Positions 10,522-23,367 are shown, counted from the stretch's first letter. The stretch: DNA of 64,000 nucleotides from Azolla caroliniana (GCA_043228905.1 JBHGNT010000013.1:11222001-11286000); one strand, 5' to 3'. Numbers and translations: made by a program. The notes: generated from the sequence alone by a model not told the origin.

Positions 10522-13500
10522 TTATATATGTACATGTATGCAAGTATATAATTCAAAACAACTTATATATACATACCTGGATTTCATTTCCAAAAGAAAA
10601 TTGTTGAAAACTTTACAATCACTTCCGTCTAACAGATAATTATCACATTTTGCATTATATGTGAGGTTCGCTAGTCCAATAATTGACTCAAAGTCAACCA
10701 TTTTTATATTTGTCAAATCATATGCAAATAATCTACTCCCTTTAATCTTCCTATACCAACCTAGTTGTAATTGAACATCTTCAAGCCTATCCATCAAGTC
10801 AATTCCTCTCTTGTACTCCACAAATTTATTTCCAATATTTCTTCGCATCCTTTGTACTCGTCCTAAGTACCAAACAACATTTTCATTTGATATTCCTTTT
10901 CTTTTGGGTCTTGTTGAATTAACATCTTCTTCAATAAAGAATACAACGCAATCTAAACCAATCCCAATTAGGAAATTATTTGCATTCTCACATGAGTAGA
11001 AGACCCCTTCTCTTACACGTGTGAGTCTATCCTTTGACAATGTTGGATTACCATTTAGATGACTCACAAGTGTTGATTTAAATATAATCTTATCATCCAC
11101 TTGAACAAATGAAGAGACTTTAGAGTTCACATTGTTGCCATCCAATATAACATCCAATTCATGGCGAATTTCACTTATTGCAATCTCATCATCATTCTCC
11201 ACACATTCATGCATTGTTAAGTTTTTATTGTGTTCAACACATTCTTCATCATCTTTCTCTCCATATATATAACTCAAGGATTGTTTTGTCTCAATCCCGG
11301 GATAATTCCACCATTGCCCATTGAGTTTAGGCTTCATATTTAACGACTCACATAAAATTTGGGCTTCTTTTAAACCTTCTTTAAGTGCAAAAACAAGTTG
11401 ATCATCATTTGAGATATCAATGTAGTCTTGTAAGTTTGCAAGAGGCTTGCCATGCATGAAATTGAGTTTAGACCATATTGATTCTTGCTTCTTGTGAGCT
11501 TTTGGAAAAACCAATCCACTATCACTGCACTCAAATTTGGCAAGCTTGTTTACATTTCCACTACAATGCAAAACATCTGATATATCAAATGCACGCTCCA
11601 TGCCAATCATTCCCCCTATTTTACTAAAAAATATCTCAGCTCCATCAGACCCTGTGAGATGCAATGGACATTCTAGTTGTGGATAAAAGTCACGAAACAT
11701 TTTTATAAGTAAAACTACAAAGTGACAAGATATTTGTACATCCAAAAATGTTTCCCGACTAATGAAATTGCTTTTTAAATTATAAATTGGATTATTTAGA
11801 ATCCATAATCTCCATATTTGAAAGAAGAATGCAACTTTAGATGCAAGTACCACACGCTTGAATAAGCTTTCATGAGGGGATAGAAAAATATCAATATAGT
11901 CACCTAATATATGCAAGTATACATGTGTTCCCAAAGCTCCTCTTTCTCTTACTTTGACACCTTCTCCACCTTGGTATAACATCTTTAAACAATTAGTAAC
12001 ATTTCTACTTGCAATTCTTTGGGCTCCAGCCCAATTTTGTCTATCTTCTCTCTTAATATCACATTCCCTTAAGCCACGTGCATCGATAGAGAAGTTATTA
12101 TATACCAATGACACATGATTCAATGTGATCCATACATCTCCGATTACTAATTGTCTTGAGGGATTATCGAGTGCATTCACAAGTTTCTTTCCATTATGGA
12201 TGAAATCTTGATCATGAAGACAACTTACCATATCATTATGCATTTGACCTGTGAAGATCCAACCATCCCAAGGCAATTTATATCTTAAGCATATGCTTGG
12301 GGTTAAGTAATCTTGAGGCATAATCTTTCTTCTCCTACTATCTCCATCTGATGCATGTCCAACAATTGGCACAATACTTGTGGATAGGTGTTTTTCCCAT
12401 AGAGTTTCCAGTTCATTCCATTGGCATTTTACAAAATCCACATCAAAGCAATTACATGTACATTGTACAACCAATACTAATCGTGGAAGTTTAGGGTGAA
12501 GAGGATTCACAATTAACACCCTAGCATAGTGTCCAACCACATAGTCTTTAAAGGAGCTAACAATGGTTTCATAACCAACATTAGAGTCACCCACCTTTAT
12601 CATACATGATGAGACAATTGATGATTGGATGACTTCAGCCCACAAAAACCCAAAAGTAAATCATTTGAGCTATCCCACTTAACATTCCGCTTAATCATAG
12701 TCTCATCCTCGGCAATAATGAAAGGAACCTTTGTTATAATGCCATGCACTCTTTTTTCATTTTCATAAATCTTAGCCACATCCTGGAATATATATTCATG
12801 GATCCCTAGAAGGAATTTAGTTGTCTTCCTCTCAACTCTCTTTGTAGTGCTTAATGATGGTCCATCTAAATTTTTAGAAACAAAGTCGTGTAATCTTGGT
12901 CCACCCCACATTTTTTTCATGAAGAAAATTGCCTTAGATGTGTCTTTGAATCGTTGTCCAGCTAGCTTTTGAGTAAGGTTTTGTGCAACATCTGTCAAGA
13001 AATCCCATAATGCATTCTTTCCACCAAAATTTCCAGCTCGATGAGCCACAATAATGTTATTACAAAATCTTCGAACATCCTTCTGTTCCACACTCTCAAG
13101 GGATGCTTACTTGAGAGTCATTACCTTTACCGAAAGCATTGCAATGTTGCAAGCTAGCCACCATATTTGTCTATGAGCGTGACGGATAGTTTGCTTAGAA
13201 CTTGAAATTTCCTTTCTTGTCTCTTCTTAAGTAAGATAATCTAGTCGCCTACCCTCCCTAGTTCCTCGATTACCTCTTTTGACTTTAGCCCCACGCTCCC
13301 TATACACCCTCATATGGAAATCATTACATTTTGGAATTTCAGTACATTTTTCACATGTAAGATTATGAAAGGGTTCTTCAAGCGTCGATACTCTTTTACA
13401 ATCAAAATGGTGAAAACATCCATCAATAACACACTGTTGCATCTCGTACATCACAACAGCTTTTGTGTAAGGCTCAGAGAATCATAAGGCTCCATGATTT
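10522..13500 (-). pseudogene. P-element/THAP9-like DDE transposase (~1000 codons, two stops and one frameshift)
   Basis: Motifs in order: AEDETMIK...WD...LLGFCG, HASDGD, DQDFIHNGKKLVN (DxxHxxK), EDRQNWAGAQRI, GSDGAEIFFS. 707-aa open segment 10522-12645; splice-donor-like CAG|GTATGT at 10576. Confidence 0.7.
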
Positions 13501-14229
13501 TGATCGATGAGAAATGATTTTACATGTATCTCAAGTCTCCCTTTACTTTGTGTTACACTTAAGGTTATGCTTTTTTATTGTTTACGGTTTAATCATTTTA
13601 TTAGTTTTTATGTTTAGCCCCCACCACGCCCCAGCCCCCTTCCCCTTTCTCCCTCTCTTTCATTTTTTAATTAGTGTCACAAAATGTGAATATAAAGGTT
13701 TGAACTTGTGACCTTCAAACAATGGTCTTACACTTCAACCATTGCACCAACTCATTTTCATTAATAAATACATTTTCATATTATTATTATTCAAGAACTG
13801 TAGAGCACTAGACACATTAGATGATCGCCAAATGGCATGCACCCTGTACGCCAAGTGGCGCACAACATGTATGCCAAATGGCGATCATGCACATTTTGAT
13901 GTTCAATATATAAGTCAAAGATCTGCTTAGTGTTGAACCATTCCGGTTCAACACCAGTCTTCAGCAACCTTGTAATCTCGGTTTCCGGTAATAGAAATTC
14001 TTGTATTTTTGTCTTGTAAACGTCTTCTCGTTTGTTATTATCTTCTTTTCTTCATCTGATGGAGTGTTCGTGGGTTTAGGGTTTCCGACATCCCAACTTG
14101 ATGTGCTTGATGGTTCGTGTGGCGCTCCTTAACTAGTATAGCTACTAGCACTTGATCTAGGGTTTAAATGCTTACTGACAACATACTTTTCATAGCCTCC
14201 CTACATCATTTCGAGCAATTCCAAAGAAT

Positions 14230-14453
14230 TCTTCTTTAAAGTGGCAGTAACGTGTTTGAAGAGATAACACAATAGCTTCAAGTTGTTGGACACGTTTCGA
14301 GAGTTCCTCATGTTGTTGTGCCTTTTCAATGCTCACTTGTTGCAAGTCGCCAAGAAGTTTATGATTCTCTTGTTCCAATGCAACAAATTTTGTTGTTAGG
14401 AGGTCAAGTTCTGAGAGAATACGCATATACTCTTGTTTACTGACGGTCTCCAT
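14230..14453 (-). pseudogene. gag: Inverted Gag N-terminal fragment of ChrB
   Basis: METVSKQEYMRILSELDLL...LEQENHKLLGDLQQVS is homologous to ChrA Gag MATVSTQGYQSVFSEL...LEQENQWLLGELQQIS but on the opposite strand to ChrB pol. Confidence 0.85.
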
Positions 14454-14484
14454 TGTGACGGAAAAACTTCACTAGATACTCGAG

Positions 14485-17252
14485 AAAAAAAAAAGTGGGC
14501 TCTTTACGTTTGGGCGTAGATTATCAAGGCTTGAACAAGGTTATGATTCGAAATCGATATGCTCTACCATTGATTCCAAATCTCTTGGAACGTCTCAATG
14601 GGGCCAAATACTTCACAAAGCTAGACTTACGAGGAGCTTACAACCTTGTTCGTATTCGACCTGGTGATGAATGGAAAACTGCTTTTCGCACACGATATGG
14701 TCATTTTGAGTACACAGTAATGCCATTCGGGCTTACAAAAGCTCCAACAATTTTTCAATATATGGCAAATGATATCTTTCGAGATTTCCTCGATATCTTC
14801 ACGATAATTTACTTGAATGACATACTAATCTATTCAAAGACACAAGAGGAGCATAATAATCATGTTAACAAGTTCTACAACGATTACGGGAATTTGGTCT
14901 TTATGCCAAACTAGAGAAGTGTTGGTTTGACCGCAATCAAGTCGAGTTTCTAGGGTATATGGTCTCTCCAGAAGGTATTTTAATGGATCCAAAGAAAGTA
15001 CAAACAATTCTAGATTGGAAGACACCAGGCTCAGTTCGTGATCTGCAATGTTTCTTGGGATTTGCGAATTTCTACCGCAAGTTCATCAAGAGTTACTCAA
15101 AAGTTGTTTTGCCCCTCACGGAACTAACATAGAAGAACCGACCATTTGTATGGACATCAAGCACAACTGATGCATTTAATAGCTTGAAGCAAGCATTTAC
15201 ATCTGCTCCCATTTTGGTCCACGTTGACCTTAAAAAGCCGTTTATCATAGAAGTAGATGCATCTGATTTTGCACTAGGAAGTGTTCTATCACAAGTAGCG
15301 GATGATGAGAAATTACATCCAGTTGCATTTCATTCAAGAAAGTATGAACCTGCAGAAATCAATTATGAAATCCATGACAAAGAATTGTTGGCAATTGTTG
15401 ATTCTTTCGGACAATGGCGTCACTTCTTGGAAGGTTCTCCCCACCAAATTATTGTTTACAACGATCATAAAAAGCTCACATACTTTCAAAATGCTCGAGT
15501 TCTAAATCGACGACAAGCTCGATGGGCACAATTTCTAACACGGTTCAACTTTGTGATAACATATCGACCAGGAACACAACAAGGTAAAGCTGATGCCTTA
15601 TCAAGACGCTCTTATTTTGCACCAAAACCGGGGGACCCAACTTACGACAATCAAGGTAAAGCTGATGCCCTAGTCGTGTACGATTAATGGTGACAAATGT
15701 TGCTGAGACAACTTTGGATTCAAAATTTCTCGATTCTATTCGCTCGAGCATTGGTTCAGATGATTTTGCACAAGATATTTTAGACCACATTGTTCCAGAT
15801 CGTGCTTCTTGTTCACGCTCCAAGTTTTCTCGCATGGATTATGGGAACTTCAGTTGGCATGATGGGTTGTTTTTTCGAAACAACCGTACTTATATTCCCA
15901 ATGGACCTTTTTGACTTGAAGTCTTGCATCACTGCCATGATTCACCGCTAGCTGGACATTTCGGAGTTTTGAAAACATTAGAGCTAGTTACCCGAAACTA
16001 TTGGTGGCCTCAGGTTCGTCAGTTTGTCATAAACTATGTTTCTACTTGTGATGTATGTTGTCGATCAAAGATGCCTCGACATCGGCCATATGGTTTGTTG
16101 CACCCATTGCCCATTCCAGATGGTCCGTGGAAATCCATTTCTATCGATTTCATCACAGATCTCCCATCTTCCCAAGGCTATGATGCAATTCTTACAGTGG
16201 TGGATCGCTTTACAAAAATGGCACATTTTCTTCCATGTAGAAAAACTTTTACTAGTCAAGAATTGACAAGTCTTGTTATCCGAGAAGTTTTCAAGCACCA
16301 TGGCCTTCCAGATGAAATCATTAGTGATTGTGGACCACAATTTATTGCAAAGTTTTGGACACACTTACTTGAGAGCCTTGGAATTTCTCGTAAACTATCT
16401 TCAAGCTACCATCCTCAAACCGATGGGCAAACGGAACGCACAAATCAAACATTAGAACAATATCTCTGTTGCTTTATCAACTATCAACAAGATGATTGGA
16501 TGGATTTCTTACATATGGCAGAATTTGCTTACAATAATTCAATCCATTCTTCTACGGGATTCACTCCGTTCTTTGCAAACACAGGATATCATCCTTGATG
16601 GATGATGCTCAAATGTCCAAAAGTCTCAAAAAATCCCACGGTCAAAGATCGTCTAGAAAAACTCAAAGAAATTCAAACCAACCTTTCTCACAATTTGCTT
16701 CATGCTCAAGCCAAGTACAAGAAGATGGCGGATAAACATCGCTTAGATTCTTCATTTGAAGACCCTAAGTTTAAAGTTGGTGATCGTGTTTGGTTATTGC
16801 GTCGTAATGTGAAAACTACTCGACCAAGTGTCAAATTGGATTTCCAACGTCTAGGTCCATTTGTAATCTCTCATCAAGTCAATGATGTTGCATTTCGTCT
16901 GGACCTACCTTCACATATGCGTCTTCATCCAGTATTTCATGTTTCATTATTAGAACCATGGACATCAAGTTCTATTCCAAATCGGGTTATCCCACCACCA
17001 CCTCCGGTTCAACTTGCTGAAGGACCTGAATATGAAGTAGAAGCTATTTTGGACTCTAAGGTCATCTGCAATAAGTTATATTATCTAGTAGATTGGCTAG
17101 GATACATGCCTGCGGATCAGACATGGGAACCTGCAATGAACGTCACTAATGCCTCTGAACTTATACAAGAGTTTCATCTTCGTTATCCCCATAAACCAAA
17201 ACCTAGTTCATGCATTGTGACTCATGGAACTCGTCGTCAAAGGAGGGGATGA
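14485..17252 (+). pseudogene. pol: ChrB pol: RT, RNase H, integrase, chromodomain
   Basis: [65 protein letters not shown]...YYLVDWLGY...TWEP. Confidence 0.95.
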
Positions 17253-17667
17253 TGTCACAAAATGTGAATATGAAGGTTTGAATTTGTGACCTTCAAACAA
17301 TGGTCTTACACTTCAACCATTGCACCAACTCATTTTCATTAATAAATACATTTTCATATTATTATTATTCAAGAACTCTAGAGCACTAGACACATTAAAT
17401 GACCGCCAAATGGCATGCACCCTGTACGCCAAGTGGTGCACAACATGTATGCCAAATGGCGATCATTCACATTTTGATGTACAGTAAATAAGTCGAAGAT
17501 CTGCTTAGTGTTGAACCATTCCGGTTCAACACCAGTCTTCAGCAACCTTGTAATCTCGGTTTCCGGTAATAGAAATTCTTGTATTTTTGTCTTGTAAACG
17601 TCTTCTCGTTTGTTATTATCTTCTTTTCTTCGAAATTGACCTTGTCTTCGAAGCTTGGGTCGTGACA
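17253..17667 (+). repeat. 3' LTR of ChrB
   Basis: Near-identical to 13675-14053; TG...CA termini. Confidence 0.92.
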
Positions 17668-17859
17668 ATTAGTATGTTAATCCTCTACCCTTGCACGTCT
17701 TCTTAATACCTACTCCCGTCTCTTCGTATACACCAAGCACTCTATCAATTCGGGTGCGCTCAATCGACCTTGGTGTTCCTCTTCTCTGATATCTCCTCCT
17801 GCCTGCCGATGATCCACCATTTCCGCACTCCTCGTCTACAACCTCGCGGTCAACAATAA

Positions 17860-18222
17860 TCTACTCATAAGATTGCAACCATTTCGCTACATCAATTGCG
17901 TGAGGAAAGACAAAAGGAAGAAATGTTTCTCTTTGCGGTATCAGTAAAACCCTCCAACACCACTAAAGAGGAGTCCACCATTCAACTTCTAGAGAACTAT
18001 CGTCATTATGCCGATGTGTTCAATAAAGTACAAGCCAATATGCTTCCTCGCTATCGATCGTATGATTTCCCCATCGATTTACAACGGGGAAAAGAGCTAC
18101 CATGGGGACCGATCTACAATTTGTCAGCAACCGAGCTAGAAGTCCTTTGAGCCTATATAAAGGAGAATTTGGCAAATAGTTTCATTCGACATTCAAAATC
18201 TCCAGCCAGCGCACCCATTTTC
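17860..18222 (+). pseudogene. pol: ChrA pol resumes (RT N-terminus)
   Basis: YADVF...[16 protein letters not shown]...SKSPASAPIF; continues at 23368 as [11 protein letters not shown]. Confidence 0.9.
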
Positions 18223-18977
18223 TAACAGGACTACACGCTCCCGGAAACAACGCTTGGCCACAACCGAGTCTAGGACCAAACACAGAAAAACGGGTAATGT
18301 ACGCAATACACAATAAAGAGAAGAGTACACAGGATGTTTACGTGGAAAACCCAAACACGGGAAAAACCACGGCAGTCCACAGACTGCAAACTATCACTAT
18401 GTTACAATATACAATAGATGAACACAGAGGCAACGACCTCTTGTTCACTGTCTTCGCCACAGGCGGCGGTTACAACAGAGACAACGTCCTCTTCGTCTCT
18501 CACTCTCTCTCTCTTTGTACACGGTTGCACTCAAATCTTGCACCAACAAGAAAGACAACTATTGCTCACTAAGTTTGCCCTAAGTCATATTTATACTAAT
18601 ATGACTTTTCGGCTATTTACAAATATAGCCCCAATGGACTCTCAGAAACATATTTACGAATATGTCCCTTCATCTGGTGAGCACTCCTCACCGGGCCTGC
18701 ATCATCCGACTCTTGCCGGGCACTCGTCATCCGGTTCTCATCGGGTCTTCACCATCCGGCTCTTGCCGGGCACTCGTCATCTGGTTCTCACCGGGTCTTC
18801 ACCATCCGGCTCTTGCCGGGCACTCGTCATCCGGTTCTCACCAGGTCTTCCGTTGCCGGGTACTCGTCATCCGGTTCTCACCGGGTCTTCCGTTGCCGGG
18901 TACTCGTCATCCGGTTCTCACCGGGTCTTCTGTTGCTGGGTACTCCTATCCCATCCAGAGGGATCTGTTTCCTAACA
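18223..18977 (-). repeat. 3' LTR of CopD with CCGG-rich ~50-bp and 40-bp tandem units
   Basis: Repeated catccggttctcaccgggtcttc units ~18700-18945. Confidence 0.92.
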
Positions 18978-18990
18978 AACTCCCCCTTCA

Positions 18991-21900
18991 CTACGGCATG
19001 GGATGTCTTACTAGTCCGATCTGCTTCCGACATGCATCCAGCTTGTCGGGAATCAACACTTTGGTCATCATATGTGACCCGTTTTTGGCCGTGTGGATCT
19101 TCGTCAGCGCGAACTCTCGATCTTCTACTCGCTCCGGGATCCAGTGATACCTGCGTTGGATATGCTTCGTCCTGGAATGATACGCTGCGTTCTTAGCAAG
19201 GTGGATGGCACTTTGACTATTGCAATAGAGCCGGTATTCATCTTGCCGGATACCAAGCTCTCCGATGAAGTACTTCATCCATAATATTTCCTTGCCAGCT
19301 TCCACAGCCGCCATGTACTCCGCCTCCCTGGTTGACAACGCAACCGTCTTCTACAACCTTGACTGCCACGAAACAACTCCCCCTGCATATGTCATTACAT
19401 ACCCAGATGTAGACCGGCTGGTATCCACATCAGCTGACATGTCCGAATCGGTAAAACCGTCAAGTTGAGGTTTACCGGAGCCGAATAAGAGACACACATT
19501 CGAAGTTCCCTTCAAGTACCGGAGTATCCATTTGACCGCGTTCCAGTGCTCCTTGCCGGGATTGCTCATAAACCGGCTCACCACTCCAACTGCGTATCCA
19601 ATATCGGGCCGAGTACACACCATTGTGTACATCAAGCTCTCGACGACAAAGGCATATGGAACCTTCATCATACCAGCCTTCTCTGCTTTCTTCTTCGGGC
19701 TTTGCTTACTGGATAGTCTGTAGTTTGCCGGGAGTGTCGATCCGACCGGTTTCGCTTCCAACATGTTGAACCGCTGAAGCACCTTTGTCACGTATTTCTC
19801 CTGTGACAGCCACAATTGCTTCTTTGACCGGTCCTGGACGATGTGCATCCCCAATATTTGTCTTGCCGGACCCAAGTCTTTCATTGCGAAAGTTCGGTTG
19901 AGAGCCTTCTTCAGCATCCGTATTTTGGCTTGGTCCCGTCCGACGATCAACATGTCGTCCACGTACAGAAGGAGTATCAGGAAGTCGCCTCCTTCGAACT
20001 TCTTCACAAACACGCAGTGATCGGCCTGCGTCTTGTGGTACCCTTGATCGGTCATGAAGGAGTCGAACTTTCGGTACCATTGTCGGGGAGCCAGCTTCAG
20101 TCCGTACAGCCTCTTCTTCAATTGGCAAACCAGGTGCTCCTTCCCTTTCTCCACGAATCCTTCCAGTTGCTGCATGTAGATCTCCTCTTCGAGGTCACCG
20201 TGAAGGAATACCGTCTTCACGTCCAGCTGCTCTACCTCAAGGTCGATGCTTGCCGCTATACCGTCCGGATGGAGGTCATCTTTACTACCGGGGCAAATAT
20301 CTCGTCGAAGTCCACGCCCTTCTTCTACTGGAACCCCTTTACCACGATCCTTGCTTTGTATCTCGGGGGGTTGCCGACATCTCCCGGTTTCAACTTGTAC
20401 ACCCACTTGTTTCGGAGTGCTCGCTTTTCTTTCGGCAACTCCACCAATTTGTACGTATAGTTCTCATGCAGGGAATCCATCTCATCCTGCATGGCACTTA
20501 ACCATTTGTGACTGTGGGTGTCTTCCTTCGCTTCTTCGAAGCTTTTTGGCTCCCCCTCATCGGTCAGCAGCACATGCTCTGCATCCGGAAATCTCCGGGG
20601 GGCCCTTCTCTCTCTGAGAGGATATCTCCGTCTCTGGGCTCCTTAGCTACATGCACATACGCGAGACACCCGAACACCTTCAAATGCCGGTAGGACACTT
20701 CCTTACCGGTCCATACTCTCTGCGGCGTGTCTCCGTCCAAGGGTACTGAGGGTGATCAGTTTATCACATATGTCGCAGTCGACAGTGCCTCAGTCCAAAA
20801 CTTCTTGGGTAATTTTGCATGCGCCAGCATACTCCGGACCCTCTCCATTATGGTCTGGTTCATCCTCTCGGCCAGTCCGTTTAGTTCCGGAGTCTTCGGC
20901 ACGGTAAATTCGAGCCGGATTCCCTTCGAGCGGCAGTACTCCTCGAACTGCCCCCGGTATTCACCTCCGTTATCTGCTCGAACCGCCTTCAGCTTCCGGC
21001 CAATTTCTCTTTCCACTCTCACGTGGAGCTCTTTGAAGACGGATAGCACCTGATCCTTCGTCTTCAACGGTGTGGCCCATAGCTTTCGGCTATGGTCATT
21101 TTTGAACGTCACGAAGTACTGCGATCTTGCATGTGACTTCCTGTCCACTTGACACACATTAGTATGCACCAACTCCAGTCATGCATTACGTCTCATCGGT
21201 GGCCTTGATCGGAAGGAGGTCTGGTTTTGTTTACCGGCCATACACTCAGTGCACTTCTCCAAGTGCACGTTCTTCACTGGAATGAGGTTGTTGTCTGCAA
21301 GCCTCTTCATCCCCTTCTCGCTCATGTGACACAGCCTCTTGTGCCACAGCTCACCGGCAGTGTCAGATGCCACGTTCACTTCCTCCGGACATAACCGGGC
21401 ATTCATCAAGTACAAAGTGTTGACTTTTCGGGCCCGAGCCACTATCAAGCTCCCTTTGCTGAACTTCATGACACCGTTCCGAATGCTACCCATGTAGCCT
21501 TCATCATCTAGCCGACCGGCTAATATCAGGTTCAGTCGAACCTCTGGAACGTGTAGGACATCTTTCATTAACATCTTGCATCCGGTTGGTGTTGTCAACC
21601 ACACGTCTCCTATGCCGACAATTCGGCATGTACCTTCATTCCCCATCCGGACACAGCCGTGATCACCGGCTGTGTAGGATGAGAAGCATTTCTGGTCCGG
21701 GGTAAGGTGGAACAACGCTCCAGAGTCGACCACCCAGGTCATCTCGTCGCCGGCAAGGTTTAGCTCACTCTCCTCGGTGATGAGCATGAACTCTTCTTCA
21801 CTTGTCGCGATTGCCGTCCTTCCCTTCCAGTCCGGCCCCCTCCGGTCTTTTTACCGTTTCGGTCCGGTGTCCGCTTCGAATCGTTGCTGTCGGTTTCCTT

Positions 21901-22660
21901 GTCTTTTCGGAAATGCCGACAGTTCTTCTGGAAGTATCCCGGCTTGCCGCAATAGAAGCAAGTAGGCATCCCCCTTGACTTTGACTGTGTCCTTGATTTT
22001 TTCCGGTTCTGGGGACTATGGTTCCTTTGTCTTCCGCGTTCCGATTCGGTAATGAGTGCTTTGGAGTCGGAGTTCATAACCTTGTCTTTCCGACGCGCCT
22101 CCTCATCTAGCAAGCTCGACTTCACTCTTGCCAGGGATAACCGTTTCCCTTCCGGCCCGGCGTTGCCCAAAGTGACAACCAACGTCTCCCAGCTATCTGG
22201 GAGGGAACCGAGCAGGAGTAGTGCTAGTACCTCATCGGCGAGAGGTACTTCCAATGATGTTGCCTGGTGGAGCAGCCCTTGGAAGGCATTCATGTGCTCC
22301 GCCTCATGCTAGAGCCATCTTGGTATCAGAGTCTTACTAGCTTCCGAAATACCGAAACTTGATTAACAACATTTTTGTTTTGAAACATAATGCCGATCTT
22401 CTCCCAGAGCTCATGAGCCTTGCTCTCTTCATTGAAGTTGTTGTATAGACTCATGTCGATGAAGCACCGTATGAACGCCGTTCCGTTGTCTTCATGTGCA
22501 TCACCTCCCATATTGTGGCATCAATTTTGTCCGGTCTCTTGTCCCCGAATAGAACCGGCAACCAAAGATCTTTAACCATGAGCATGTCCCTCATCTTCGA
22601 CTTCCACACTGAGTAATTAGAGCCGGCGAGCTTGAAGATGCCTCCCAACAATTCGTCCAT
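18991..22660 (-). pseudogene. gag-pol: CopD gag-pol (degenerate; deletion in integrase C-terminus/linker ~20620)
   Basis: CFYCGKPGYFQKNC, WVVDSGALFHLT, PELNGLAERMN, LYVDDML, RTKHIQRRYHW. Confidence 0.93.
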
Positions 22661-22690
22661 TTTCTGTGTCGTTTCGCTTTGATACCACTT

Positions 22691-23367
22691 TGACAGGACT
22701 ACACGCTGTCGGAAACAACGCTCGGCCACAACCGAGTCTAGGATCAAACACAGAAAAACGGGTAATGTACACACGACACAATAAAGAGAAGAGTACACAG
22801 GATGTTTATGTGGAAAACCCAAACACGGGAAAAAGCACGGCAGTCCACAGACTCCAAACTATCACTATGTTACAATATACAATAGATGAACATAGAGGCA
22901 ACGACCTCTTGTTCACTGCCTTCGCCACAGGCGGCGGTTACAACAGAGACAACATCCTCTTCGTCTCTCACTCTCTCTCTCTCTCTATACACGATTGCAC
23001 TCAAATCTTGCACCAACAAGAAAGACAACTATTGCTCACTAAGTTTGCCCTAAGTCATATTTATACTAATATGACTTTTTGGATGTTTACAAATATAGCC
23101 CCAATGGACTCTCAGAAACATATTTACGAATATGTCCCTTCATCTAGTGAGCACTCCTCACCGGGCTTGCATCATCCGGCTCATGCCGGGCACTCGTCAT
23201 CCGGTTCTCACCGGGTCTTCACTATCCGGCTCTTGCCGGGCACTCGTCATCCGGTTGTCACTGGGTCTTCACCATCCGACTCTTGTTGGGCACTCGTCAT
23301 CCGGTTCTCACCGGGTCTTCCATTGCCGGGTACTCCTATCCCATCCGGAGGGATCTGTTTCCTAACA
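22691..23367 (-). repeat. 5' LTR of CopD
   Basis: Matches 18223-18977 but has two fewer 40-bp units. Confidence 0.92.

Larger units (their letters stand above)
13675..17667 (+). mobile_element. Ty3/gypsy chromovirus ChrB (different LTR family), internally rearranged
   Basis: LTRs 13675-~14053 (truncated) and 17253-17667 (TGTCAC...GTGACA); TSD ATTAG at 13670-13674 and 17668-17672; PPT AGGAGGGGATGA at 17241. Confidence 0.92.
18223..23367 (-). mobile_element. Ty1/copia element CopD nested in ChrA RT
   Basis: LTRs 18223-18977 and 22691-23367; TSD TTTTC at 18218-18222 and 23368-23372; PBS TGGTATCAAAGC ~22676-22687; PPT ~18978-18990. Confidence 0.95.

Noticed and set aside
10522-12645. 707-aa ORF as an ordinary host gene
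   Set aside because: It carries DDE-transposase motifs, has upstream stops and a frameshift, and is nested inside a retroelement.
14094-14166. GGGTTTAGGGTTT telomere-like motifs (also ~51991)
   Set aside because: Only one to two units are present; these are common telo-box-like words, not a telomeric array.
9473-17859. Confident Helitron call
   Set aside because: No Rep/helicase and no CTRR 3' end with hairpin were seen; kept only as a tentative finding.
18700-18945. Repeat-spacer-like pattern in CopD/CopL LTRs as CRISPR
   Set aside because: These are tandem LTR subrepeats, and the intervening sequences are themselves repeated.
22321-22331. TGGTATCAGAG as a plus-strand PBS
   Set aside because: It lies inside CopD gag on the antisense strand with no adjacent LTR end, so it is a chance match.
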